Assembly (NCBI GenBank): GCA_048884785.1
Contig: JBHLQM010000001.1
Coordinates: 93,743-157,742, forward strand
From: Candidatus Thorarchaeota archaeon
GTDB lineage: Archaea > Asgardarchaeota > Thorarchaeia > Thorarchaeales > Thorarchaeaceae
Length of the DNA stretch: 64,000 nt
Direction of reading: 5' to 3'
The notes beneath the pieces are model-generated. The model had not been told where the DNA came from. It worked only from the letters and a program-made list of their open reading frames with translations, and made no database searches. Below are positions 38,593 through 47,972 of the stretch, piece after piece (position 1 is the stretch's first letter; every line of letters begins with the position of its first letter). Position numbers and translations under genes: made by a program.

Positions 38593-40611
38593 GTGGCAAT
38601 ACTGAATTTGCCAGACAGGCACTCTTCACTCATCAAAAACACCAAGCGAGGCAAATACATCAATGCTCTTGTCTTCAGTGCAATCATAGTGAGTTTTCCC
38701 ATAGTGGTCTATTTCGGTGCGAACTTTCTCTTTCCAGTTGTATCGGATAGAATCCTACTCGCAAGTGGTTTTGAGATGACCATTACCAATGATACTAGTA
38801 TTGAATCGCCAAGTATATTCTATGGCAGACAGACTGGGGCGGGTCTATCCTATCAAGGGGAATCATTAATTGATCTCGGCGCCGGATTTGGTCTTCCAGT
38901 GGTCGTGACAAATGGTGAGTGGTATATTCCTGTTGCCGCGCATGTCGAAAACATCTTTCCAGCCTCAGAATCAGTTGTAAAGCACTACCTAGTTGATGGC
39001 TCTTTAAATGCAGATGGCAGGGGCTTGCCTACCTCAACCGAGGAAATAATCTCTGTACGTATAGCAAAGAGTGGACCTTCACAGCTCTCCGTGAGAGTCA
39101 CCCATAACATGACCGACTGGAACTACTCAGTTTTTATCCTAAATGGACTTGGAGAAGACTTCAAACAGTATTTTGACTCGCAACTATTGTATTTCTACGA
39201 CACCTATTTTCAAGTTGACACGCAGGCGCAAAACGTGTGCTTTACAAACACAAATGGAGTACGTTTCAATCTACGCGCACAAGTAGAGAGTGGTATGATT
39301 TCCGGTATTACTGAGAGATCTTTGAATGGTGGTACCCACATCGCATGGAATATTACCTGCATAGATTCTTTCGACTATATTCTCGAATTCTCATCAAAAG
39401 AAGACAGGCATCTTTTCTTGCCCACTGATGGGCATGTGATATCCTCGCCAGTCCCGGTTCTTGAGGATAAGGATGGTAACATCTTCTTTGCTGTTGGCGA
39501 TTGGGACGGCTGGCTTCATTACAGGACATGGAATCTCGCGACTGCGCAGCCAGCCTGGAGCAAATTGCATAAGGAAGGTATATTCGCGTCACCTGCGTCG
39601 TTTATTCATCCATTCACCGATAGAGCTAGCATTGCTGTGACAACTGAGAATGGATCACTCGTAATTTATGATTTCAATGGGACGCTTCTTCTCTCTCGCC
39701 CCTTCGCTGTGGGCTTGGAACCGCGAATAATGTCCTCACCAACCTTCACTGGCACTGGTTTGGCATTCCTCGGAAACGGACTGTTTTATTATGTAGACAT
39801 GAATGGGGACGCTCTAGAGGGCTGGCCACAGCCGGTAGATGATTGGGGGCTATCATCACCTGGGTATTATCCGGTTGGTGTTTTTTCTGAAGGCATCATT
39901 TCCGTCACAACACTTGCAGATGCCCCGGATGTTTCTGATGGCTATCTCTACGCTTGGTGGACAAATGGAACTCTTCTAAGTGGATACCCAATCCATCTTC
40001 CTGAAGATTCTGATTCATCACCATCTTTTGCAGATATCAATGCAGATGAAATTCCAGAAATCATCGTTGGAGACGATGGCGGGAACCTTCACGCCTTTAC
40101 ATTAATGGGATTAGAACTCACAGGTTTTCCAGTCAGGGCTGAATCATTGATTGAGGCAAGTCCTGCAATAGGTTCAACCTCGCCAAACGGAACTCTGTTT
40201 ATTGCCATTGGGTCTTGGGATTCAAGCATGTATGTGATAGATTCACAGGGCAATACACTTCAAGACTTTCCGTTGCAGACACAAGACCATATTATTTCAA
40301 GTGCAGCGCTTGTAGATATTGACGGCAATGGTCAACCTGAGATCATTGCAGGCTCGAAGGACTGTAGTTTGTACATATGGCATCTGGATGGAAGCTTGGT
40401 CCCGTATTTTCCCCTACACCTTGGAAGTTCCTCATTTTCGTCACCACTTGCAATGGATTTGGATGGGAATGGATTCATCGACATAGTTACCGGTGCAAAC
40501 AATGGAATTCATGTGATATTGGATGTAGGTGTGGGCGAGTATTCGCCATGGCCCATGTTTAAGCAGAATCCATGGCACACCGGAACGTCGATGACTTCTC
40601 CTGGATCATGA
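38593..40611 (+). CDS. Membrane-anchored FG-GAP/VCBS-repeat beta-propeller protein
   Basis: SSP..ADINADEIPEI, DIDGNGQPEI, DLDGNGFIDI, GWP/GFP repeats, terminal WPMF..NPWHTG. Confidence 0.8.
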   Translation: MAILNLPDRHSSLIKNTKRGKYINALVFSAIIVSFPIVVYFGANFLFPVVSDRILLASGFEMTITNDTSIESPSIFYGRQTGAGLSYQGESLIDLGAGFGLPVVVTNGEWYIPVAAHVENIFPASESVVKHYLVDGSLNADGRGLPTSTEEIISVRIAKSGPSQLSVRVTHNMTDWNYSVFILNGLGEDFKQYFDSQLLYFYDTYFQVDTQAQNVCFTNTNGVRFNLRAQVESGMISGITERSLNGGTHIAWNITCIDSFDYILEFSSKEDRHLFLPTDGHVISSPVPVLEDKDGNIFFAVGDWDGWLHYRTWNLATAQPAWSKLHKEGIFASPASFIHPFTDRASIAVTTENGSLVIYDFNGTLLLSRPFAVGLEPRIMSSPTFTGTGLAFLGNGLFYYVDMNGDALEGWPQPVDDWGLSSPGYYPVGVFSEGIISVTTLADAPDVSDGYLYAWWTNGTLLSGYPIHLPEDSDSSPSFADINADEIPEIIVGDDGGNLHAFTLMGLELTGFPVRAESLIEASPAIGSTSPNGTLFIAIGSWDSSMYVIDSQGNTLQDFPLQTQDHIISSAALVDIDGNGQPEIIAGSKDCSLYIWHLDGSLVPYFPLHLGSSSFSSPLAMDLDGNGFIDIVTGANNGIHVILDVGVGEYSPWPMFKQNPWHTGTSMTSPGS

Positions 40612-40785
40612 GCCAATCGACAGAGTAGGACGGAGCTATGATTTTATATTCATATGATTCCATCCTACTGCAGGGACAACCTGAGGATATGTTTCGATGA
40701 ATATCGGAACCTATAATCTCATTCCTGCAGATGTCGTTTGGAATTCTCTTTTAGAAATGAGTCAAACTTAGTTTGTGGTGACAGA

Positions 40786-41196
40786 ATGTCAAAGGAATTA
40801 GTTTCAGGATTCTATGAATTCCTGGTAAAAGAATCTGAAAAGAAAGGAGCACGTGGTGAGAAGCCAATCTTCTTAATGGCCACTCTAAAGTATTTAATCC
40901 AAAACAACCTCTATGGCCTCAGTTTGAATGAAATGATGTACATTCAACATCTGCGTCTCATAAAGGGGCAATTCATAAGGCTGGCATCTCATAGAATGAG
41001 GGAACCCGAGTCTTCATGGAGGAGATTGACAAATCCCAATACTTTCGAAATGAAAAACCAAGTTCAGAGATACATCTCAAAATATGGGGATGTGAGCGGT
41101 GCATTCTCTAAATTGAAACCAGGTGAAGCTCAGCAGCTCCTAAATGGTTTTATGCTACGTCTAAGCGCAAAAAAATCCTTTGAAGTAACTCCTTAA
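40786..41196 (+). CDS. Hypothetical protein
   Basis: ORF with a GGTGA SD before ATG 40786. Confidence 0.55.
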   Translation: MSKELVSGFYEFLVKESEKKGARGEKPIFLMATLKYLIQNNLYGLSLNEMMYIQHLRLIKGQFIRLASHRMREPESSWRRLTNPNTFEMKNQVQRYISKYGDVSGAFSKLKPGEAQQLLNGFMLRLSAKKSFEVTP

Positions 41197-41297
41197 CTTC
41201 ATCTGTCTTTCTCTTGATATATGCGCGCGGCCGCAATTAATTCTCGTATTTTAGCGTTGAACGATTCTTTAATATATCTCATGAATGAGATAGGTTA

Positions 41298-42110
41298 ATG
41301 GTAAATATGACAGTTCAATTTGAAATTCAACCAGGCAGTCGTCACATCGATGTGCCTGTTTTTGTCAACGACAATGGACCCTACCGGTTCACACTTGACA
41401 CCGGTGCAACTGCGACTACTTTGTCTCAAAGGTTTGTTAAGACACTTGGCATAGAAACAAGGGATGAACGCAAGAATGAATGGGATGCAATTGGTCAACA
41501 ATACGAAGTGGCTACTCTTCAAAACCTGAAGATTGGAGCAGTGGATAATATCAACGAAGATGTCATTGTCTTTGACCTTGATAGCTTTCTAGGTCCTGCA
41601 TCTGAAAGAATTCGCGGAAATATTGGGTACAGTACACTGAAAAAATATACAATGGCTTTGAATTTTGCCACAAAGACATTGAAACTCTCCAATAGTGACG
41701 AGTATGATTTGGAGTCAATGGATTGGATTGATTTCATCTACGTTGATAATACTCATCTGATTGGAGTACCGACCAGTATTAACGGACAGAAACCAATTCA
41801 CCTAGTTCTCGATACAGGTTCTCCAGCAACCATCCTCACGCCCAGCGCAGCGAAAGCCTTGGGACTGATTCTCAGCGAATCAGGACCTCTTGTAAAGGGT
41901 TTGAATGGCACGACTCAAGCGCTAACAACATCGGTTGAGGAAGTTCGAGTTGGAAATTCACGCCAGGGTCAACAAGACCTCATAGTACTTGATCTATCTG
42001 CAGTTTCTGCAAGAGGAAAGAGTCTACGTAATGGAATACTGGGCATTTCATTTCTGAGTAACTATGAAGTCATAATTGACTATCCAAATCAGAGAATTGC
42101 TATGAGATAA
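41298..42110 (+). CDS. Two-domain retropepsin-like aspartyl protease
   Basis: LDTGA..GNIG and LDTGS..GILG repeats. Confidence 0.88.
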   Translation: MVNMTVQFEIQPGSRHIDVPVFVNDNGPYRFTLDTGATATTLSQRFVKTLGIETRDERKNEWDAIGQQYEVATLQNLKIGAVDNINEDVIVFDLDSFLGPASERIRGNIGYSTLKKYTMALNFATKTLKLSNSDEYDLESMDWIDFIYVDNTHLIGVPTSINGQKPIHLVLDTGSPATILTPSAAKALGLILSESGPLVKGLNGTTQALTTSVEEVRVGNSRQGQQDLIVLDLSAVSARGKSLRNGILGISFLSNYEVIIDYPNQRIAMR

Positions 42111-42315
42111 GCAATCTCAAAGAAATTCGTAAAGAAGAACGTGTGGTGTGAATCTCAAAATCACCTTTGAACAGAAAAAACGCGAATACCCCAACTCTCT
42201 CTTCACGAGATAGCTCTTCGTAATCCTCTTCTCAAGATGTGCTTGAGATTCTCGCAACGGTATATCATCGAGTCTAATTAATGCTTTGACGATGGGATTT
42301 TCGGTAAAAATAGAG

Positions 42316-42346
42316 GAAAAGGGTGGCAAGAAGCCACCACCTTTTC
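42316..42346 (-). terminator. Terminator hairpin of hppA
   Basis: GGTGGC-aagaa-GCCACC stem with flanking AAAAG/CTTTT immediately after the stop. Confidence 0.55.
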
Positions 42347-44707
42347 TTATTGAATAACTTCAATGGGTTTGCCCATGCCAAAATCAGCTGGTTTTGTGCT
42401 CTTCCGAATAGACCAAACAGTCAACAGGAATAGCAGAAAGAGTGTGCCAACCAAGGCTAGGTTTATCTCCATACTTGCACCAAAGGTAAACTGGACAAGC
42501 AAAGGTGCCAAGATCAAGCTTAGCAGGTTTACAACTTTAATCATCGGATTAAGAGCAGGTCCTGCAGTATCCTTGAGTGGATCACCGATAGTGTCACCGA
42601 CAACACCACACTTGTGACGCTCAGATCCCTTCCCTCTATTATGTTCGGGATCAGAGGGTTCATCTTCGATGCACTTCTTTGCATTATCCCAGGCGCCTCC
42701 AGTGTTTGACATGAAGACTGCTAACAACTGACCAGATACAATAATTCCGCCAAGGAATCCACCAAGCGCGCTAACGCCAAATAAGATACCCACGATGATT
42801 GGTATCGAAACTGTTAGTGCTGCAAGTGAAATCAGTTCTTTCTGAGCAGCTGTCGTGGATATATCCACAGCTCTGTCATAATCTGGTTTCTTTGTGCCTT
42901 CGAGAATTCCGGGAATTCTGAACTGTCTTCTGACCTCAGACACCATCTCTCCAGCGGCTCGAGTAACAGCCTTGATGTTCAGAGCAGAAAAGAGCCATGG
43001 AAGTGCGGCACCTAGTAAAAGACCTGAGAAGACCAAGGGATCATCAAGAAGTATGTGTCCGATTCCTGCAACTACAACATAGCTATCAAAGAGGCTTACT
43101 GCTGCAATAACTGCTGATGCGATTGCAACGCCTTTTGTGATTGCTTTTGTAGTGTTGCCAACGGCATCGAGTTCAGCCATTGTCTTCATTGCATCCTTAT
43201 CAAAATCACCTGGAGAGAGCTCACCAATTCCAGCGGCATTATCGCTAATCGGACCATACGAGTCCATGGCTACATTATTGCCTGTATGTGAGAGCATGCC
43301 GATACCAATGAGAGCGATACCGTAGAGTGTCCAGAGGATACCACTGATATCGTCAATAAAGAATGGTACAGCGGCAGCAACAGGCGCCATAAAGAGAACC
43401 GAAGATATACCAAAAGTCGCTACAATCACAACTAAAGCTGCAACTGTGGATTCGTATCCAGCAACGAGTCCAGATAGTATGAATGTCGCATAGCCTGTAT
43501 CGGCAGAACTCACTATTTCTTGAACAGGTGGCTTCTTGAGTGATGTGAAGTAGCTTGTAAGCGGATTGAATGAAACTGCCAACATCACGCCAACAGCTAT
43601 CAGAATTCCAAATCTAAGGTCTCCAACGTAGAACCATGAAAGCAGTGTCGATAGGATGATTGTGAAGGCACTAGATGCTTCATATGAAAGGAACATTGCC
43701 TTCTCTGCGTATACGGCGGATTTCCTAAGGATTCTTGGCCAGACTGGAACCATGAATGTACCAATCATAGAAGAAATCACTCCGATTGCTCGTACAAAGA
43801 GTGGAAATACCACCACAGCAAACGGGAATACCAGCAATGTTGGATTATCCAGATACAATACAATTGCCAGAATAAGAGCTGAAACAATTGTAACCTCATA
43901 TGACTCGAAAATATCTGCAGCCATGCCGGCGCAGTCGCCTACATTGTCACCAACAAGATCTGCGACAACTGCTGCATTTCGCGGGTCATCTTCTGGAAGA
44001 CCATGTTCAACTTTTCCAACCAAGTCAGCACCAACATCTGCAGCCTTTGTGTAGATACCACCTCCAACTCGCATGAAGAGAGCGAGAAGTGTACCACCAA
44101 GACCAAAACCGAGTAGTGCATCTGGAGCTGCAATCCCGTATATGATGAATATAACTGTTCCACCCATTAGGCCTAGACCATCAGTCAACATGCCTGTAAA
44201 GGTGCCACCACGATAGGAGATTGTAAGTGCACGATTGTATCGATCTTCGCCTTCACGTGTAGCCTGAGCTACTCGAATATTAGACTCCACGGCAATTCGC
44301 ATTCCCAGTTGTCCAACCATCAATGAAAAGATGGCACCGAGAATGAAAGCCAATGAACGCCCAACTCCAACAATGAATTGTGCGGCGGCAATGCCTTCTG
44401 GAGTGTTGCCAAAAAGTTCGAGCGTGCCTCGTTCAGGAACTGTAATGTATACCGTAAAGAAGAGAAGGAATGAAAGGATTCCAAGAATTGGCAGTATGGT
44501 TCTCAGTTGCCTATCAAGATAAGATAGTGCGCCCTCTCTGATACCATTCCAAACCCTCTGCATCTGCTCAGTTCCCTTCGGAAGTTGAAGTACTCCCTTT
44601 CTGAGCCACCAAGCATACACGAGACTGGCTATCGCAGCAAGAATGACTGTACCAATCATCACTTGCTCGATGAGATGCATTGTCGTAAATGTCTCGAGTA
44701 ATTGCAT
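42347..44707 (-). CDS. hppA: Membrane-bound H+-translocating pyrophosphatase, K+-independent type
   Basis: GGGIYTKAADVGADLVGKVE, EDDPRN, DNVGDCAG, GNTTKA, GDPLKD. ATG 44707 has a GGTGA SD; the track starts at GTG 44719. Confidence 0.95.
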   Translation of the reverse strand: MQLLETFTTMHLIEQVMIGTVILAAIASLVYAWWLRKGVLQLPKGTEQMQRVWNGIREGALSYLDRQLRTILPILGILSFLLFFTVYITVPERGTLELFGNTPEGIAAAQFIVGVGRSLAFILGAIFSLMVGQLGMRIAVESNIRVAQATREGEDRYNRALTISYRGGTFTGMLTDGLGLMGGTVIFIIYGIAAPDALLGFGLGGTLLALFMRVGGGIYTKAADVGADLVGKVEHGLPEDDPRNAAVVADLVGDNVGDCAGMAADIFESYEVTIVSALILAIVLYLDNPTLLVFPFAVVVFPLFVRAIGVISSMIGTFMVPVWPRILRKSAVYAEKAMFLSYEASSAFTIILSTLLSWFYVGDLRFGILIAVGVMLAVSFNPLTSYFTSLKKPPVQEIVSSADTGYATFILSGLVAGYESTVAALVVIVATFGISSVLFMAPVAAAVPFFIDDISGILWTLYGIALIGIGMLSHTGNNVAMDSYGPISDNAAGIGELSPGDFDKDAMKTMAELDAVGNTTKAITKGVAIASAVIAAVSLFDSYVVVAGIGHILLDDPLVFSGLLLGAALPWLFSALNIKAVTRAAGEMVSEVRRQFRIPGILEGTKKPDYDRAVDISTTAAQKELISLAALTVSIPIIVGILFGVSALGGFLGGIIVSGQLLAVFMSNTGGAWDNAKKCIEDEPSDPEHNRGKGSERHKCGVVGDTIGDPLKDTAGPALNPMIKVVNLLSLILAPLLVQFTFGASMEINLALVGTLFLLFLLTVWSIRKSTKPADFGMGKPIEVIQ

Positions 44708-45046
44708 TTTGTACTTCACCGTCCAGTGTAACTAGGTTTGAGGGCTACCCTCATTCCCTGTTTATTGTATTCCTAGTATCCGGTGTGATTGGGTTGCCGG
44801 CAAAAGTCCTCCTCTTAAGGATTGCCGTGTGGTTTAATGTTTACGGACTTCCACTATGCCCATTTCTATCGAAAACGAAGATAGCTAGGCAATTGCCTAG
44901 GTAACCTAGAGGATATGTGGAAAGACACGTATCCAAAACTGTATTTCAGAGTCTTACTCACTTTCAATCAGTACTAGGAGTACGTGCTCACGACACCCTT
45001 AGCAGAAGTTCTGGTGGCGATTGAATAGGAACTTGATGAAAAGGAC

Positions 45047-45124
45047 TGGTGGACCGGGTGGGATTTGAACCCACGGCCTTCTGGATGCAAACCAGACGAT
45101 GCTACCAGGCTAATCTACCGGCCC
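45047..45124 (-). tRNA. tRNA-Ala(UGC), CCA encoded
   Basis: GGGCCGG/CCGGTCC acceptor stem with G3-U70; anticodon arm TCTGG-TTTGCAT-CCAGA; T-loop GTTCAAATC; ACCA end. Confidence 0.95.
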
Positions 45125-45155
45125 ATGAGTACCGAGAAGACCTGACATGGAGGTT

Positions 45156-45764
45156 TTAACCCTTACGCTCCTGATACTCTTCTCGGGCCACGTTGACCCA
45201 TGTTGGAGCCCCACGCAACTTTGATGCCTGCTCCGGTGTCAACTCTTCTCGTTTTACCTGACGCATATCTTCAGGAAGGATGCCACTAACGCCCAATGGA
45301 TCTTCAAGGATCATGGTGAATTCCATTTCGCCCTGAATTGCCTTCATGAGCATATCAAGAACAACCTGACCTCTTTCGCGCTCCTCCTCAAGTTCAGCAG
45401 ACCTTGCGGCAAATTCAACAGTGGGTCTTGCTCGATAGAGTACCCCTTCAACATTGGATATGTAGGACTCAGCTGCAGGGCCCGGTTCTATGTCAATTCC
45501 CATTTCAGGGAATCTGATTGTCCCAGAGCCTGAGCGAACCACACGTATTTTCAATTTCTCCGAATCATCAACATACAAGGTCCATCGAATCGGAGGTCGC
45601 TCCTCAGCAGAGAATATGTCATTATGAGTGAAATTGCATTTTGGGCATTTCATCATGAACATGGCAATCTCATTGAAGTATGGCACCGCATAAAGCATCG
45701 AGTTGATGTTCAGATTCCTATTGCCACAAACAGGACATGTTATCGCAATTTCATCATTTGACAT
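45156..45764 (-). CDS. ZPR1-type zinc finger protein
   Basis: CPVCG..VPYF..CPKC, VVRS, IEPG..SNVEG, EDPLG.S. Confidence 0.9.
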   Translation of the reverse strand: MSNDEIAITCPVCGNRNLNINSMLYAVPYFNEIAMFMMKCPKCNFTHNDIFSAEERPPIRWTLYVDDSEKLKIRVVRSGSGTIRFPEMGIDIEPGPAAESYISNVEGVLYRARPTVEFAARSAELEEERERGQVVLDMLMKAIQGEMEFTMILEDPLGVSGILPEDMRQVKREELTPEQASKLRGAPTWVNVAREEYQERKG

Positions 45765-45923
45765 GGTGAATCGGCACAAGGAATGTCCTTATAGTAATAA
45801 CGAAATGGAGATAGTGAGAATATCCAAAGAAGAGTCAAGACTCTATCAGGAGGATTATCCGCTAGGCTTGAGAATGAATGGGTAAACGCCAATACACGAG
45901 GACATACCAGGGGAATACTGCAG

Positions 45924-47120
45924 ATGAATATCAAGAGTCTCTATATCATTAAGCGCGAGACCGGCGTATGCATGTATCATAACGACTTTGTAGAAGCAGT
46001 ATTTGACCCTGATCTAATTTCCTCATTTCTTGTCGCGATGACTTCCTTCTTCGATGAAGCAACACAATCTGTGGCATCTCGTGCAAGAGCATTTGAAGGT
46101 ACTGATTACAAAATCATGGTTGAGTTTGGTGAATGGACTCTTGGTGCCCTTTCAGCATCCGAGGATAATGAGATTCTCCGAAGCAAGCTCAGGAGGATAA
46201 TCTCACTCTTCGAGGAGCAGTTCAATCTTCTTAGATGGGTGGAGATGGATTTAGCTGTCTATAGCCGCTTTGAAAGGCATGTTATTGAGGAGTTCCTTCG
46301 GGATCAGGTTACCCCAGAGAGTGTAATAAGACTAAAGCTGAATTGGGACTATATAGTGAGAAGCCCCGAGGTGGTTTCATTTCTAAAACTACTTCCTGAA
46401 AAAATCAGCGTAAAGGAGGCAGCAGACTTTTTGGAGATTCCCCTCGAGATCTCCCTCAATCTAACAACTGAGGCTCTTTGGGAGAAAGCGATTTCCATTA
46501 GAAATCCTGTCAAACCAGATGACATCTACCAAACAACTTCGCTCGTAAGGGGTGATGAAGCAATAGATGGCATCTCACCAGAAACCGCAGCTGCATTAAG
46601 CGAGTTAAATGGTGAAATACCTCTTTGGATGGCCGCTGAAAAGGTAAGGACGAAAGACCTTCGCAAGTTCCTCGACGAAATCGGAGTGCTCGCGGAAAAG
46701 GAGGCTGTAGAAAGAGTTACCGATTCTCAGGCAACACTCATTCAACACTCTGCAGCACTTCAAGAAATTCTGAAGAATTGCGCCAAACTAGTAGGACAGA
46801 GAACCACAAAGCAAATCTTTCTGGAGAGCAGGAATATTCTAGATGACAACTACTCATGGCTTTCTTTTGTCGATCTCGAAGAAGGAATCGATTTAGAGAT
46901 TAAAGGCTCTCTAGCAAGTGGAGCAATGAGGGCAAGAATCTCATCTGAAGTGCTTATTGATGGTTTCCGTGCAATAATGCAATTCATTACCAAGCGTGTA
47001 AGCCTACTAATTGGAAAGGAAACAGTCAACAAAGTTGTTAGCATATCAAGAGATAATCTTGAGAGGATATACCCGAAAACCTCCTATGAGGTTTCGTGGG
47101 AACAGATAACGGCTAAATAG
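45924..47120 (+). CDS. Longin-domain protein with winged-helix repeats (NPRL2-like architecture)
   Basis: N-terminal LYII..TGVCMY...DPDLISSFL.A..SF longin pattern followed by two wHTH-like segments. Confidence 0.65.
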   Translation: MNIKSLYIIKRETGVCMYHNDFVEAVFDPDLISSFLVAMTSFFDEATQSVASRARAFEGTDYKIMVEFGEWTLGALSASEDNEILRSKLRRIISLFEEQFNLLRWVEMDLAVYSRFERHVIEEFLRDQVTPESVIRLKLNWDYIVRSPEVVSFLKLLPEKISVKEAADFLEIPLEISLNLTTEALWEKAISIRNPVKPDDIYQTTSLVRGDEAIDGISPETAAALSELNGEIPLWMAAEKVRTKDLRKFLDEIGVLAEKEAVERVTDSQATLIQHSAALQEILKNCAKLVGQRTTKQIFLESRNILDDNYSWLSFVDLEEGIDLEIKGSLASGAMRARISSEVLIDGFRAIMQFITKRVSLLIGKETVNKVVSISRDNLERIYPKTSYEVSWEQITAK

Positions 47121-47192
47121 AACAAACTATTCATGAGCACAATATACAAATCCTATTGAACAGTGCTATTTGGTTGCTTTGGAGGAACATGG

Positions 47193-47972
47193 TTGAACAA
47201 ACATATTAGAGATGCTCTTTTGCCTTTTTTTATATTAGGCGTCCTTGCGTCTCTAGCATTTTTTGGAGCGGCATATTTGAGCAATACCGCATTGCTCTCA
47301 GCAATCATGTCACTCTTGATAATCGGAGTAGCACTGCTTGTTTCATTTCTCGGCATTTGGATTGTTTCAAAGGACGGGGTTCTCAGAAATGATACATTTC
47401 TCATGCTAAACGTTCATCTTTCGGTTGCTCTGTTCATATTTTCTGTTTCTGAAATTATAGCAATATGGGCAGACTCACTCCCCAATCCAGTTTCATCATA
47501 TCCCGTCGTAGGAGTCATTCAGCTTGTCGGAGTCCTTCTATGGGTAGAAGGTGTTCTCATTTACCTGAATTCCATGAATGATGTACTTAGATTCACATCA
47601 AGGCGCTATCTCCTACCAATCATTTTGATTGCCATCTCTGCTATATACATTGTATTTACATCAGCAATAATACTGCTTAATGAAATCACTCTGCCGTACA
47701 ACCTTTTGATTGCGGTGCCAATTGAGATTGGGTTCACAGTCACTATCATTTCAATGTGCATGCTCCTTCGGTGGTATCATAGGGGATATCTCGCCATTCC
47801 TTCAGTTCTGACTATCTTGGGCTCATCGCTGCTTCTATGGAGGACACTTCTCTGGGGGTATCAAATCATCAGAATCGCAGATCCGTACCTGCAGTTTATC
47901 GCAATCATGGGCTACCTTGCTCTAGGAGGATCACTTGCATTACGCTCTGAAAAGATGGCAAAGATGACCTAA
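47193..47972 (+). CDS. Hypothetical polytopic membrane protein
   Basis: About eight TM segments; GGAGG before TTG 47193. Confidence 0.7.
   Translation: MNKHIRDALLPFFILGVLASLAFFGAAYLSNTALLSAIMSLLIIGVALLVSFLGIWIVSKDGVLRNDTFLMLNVHLSVALFIFSVSEIIAIWADSLPNPVSSYPVVGVIQLVGVLLWVEGVLIYLNSMNDVLRFTSRRYLLPIILIAISAIYIVFTSAIILLNEITLPYNLLIAVPIEIGFTVTIISMCMLLRWYHRGYLAIPSVLTILGSSLLLWRTLLWGYQIIRIADPYLQFIAIMGYLALGGSLALRSEKMAKMT

Noticed and set aside
41221-41242. GCGCGCGGCCGCAATTAATT, polylinker-like
   Set aside because: Short, with no other vector or adapter sequence nearby; likely chance.
42117-42329. 70-aa ORF downstream of hppA
   Set aside because: It starts inside the terminator hairpin and has no recognisable features.
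45047-45124. tRNA-Ala 3' end as an integration site for the variable 37-42 kb block
   Set aside because: I found no duplicated att copy and no integrase, and hppA lies in between.
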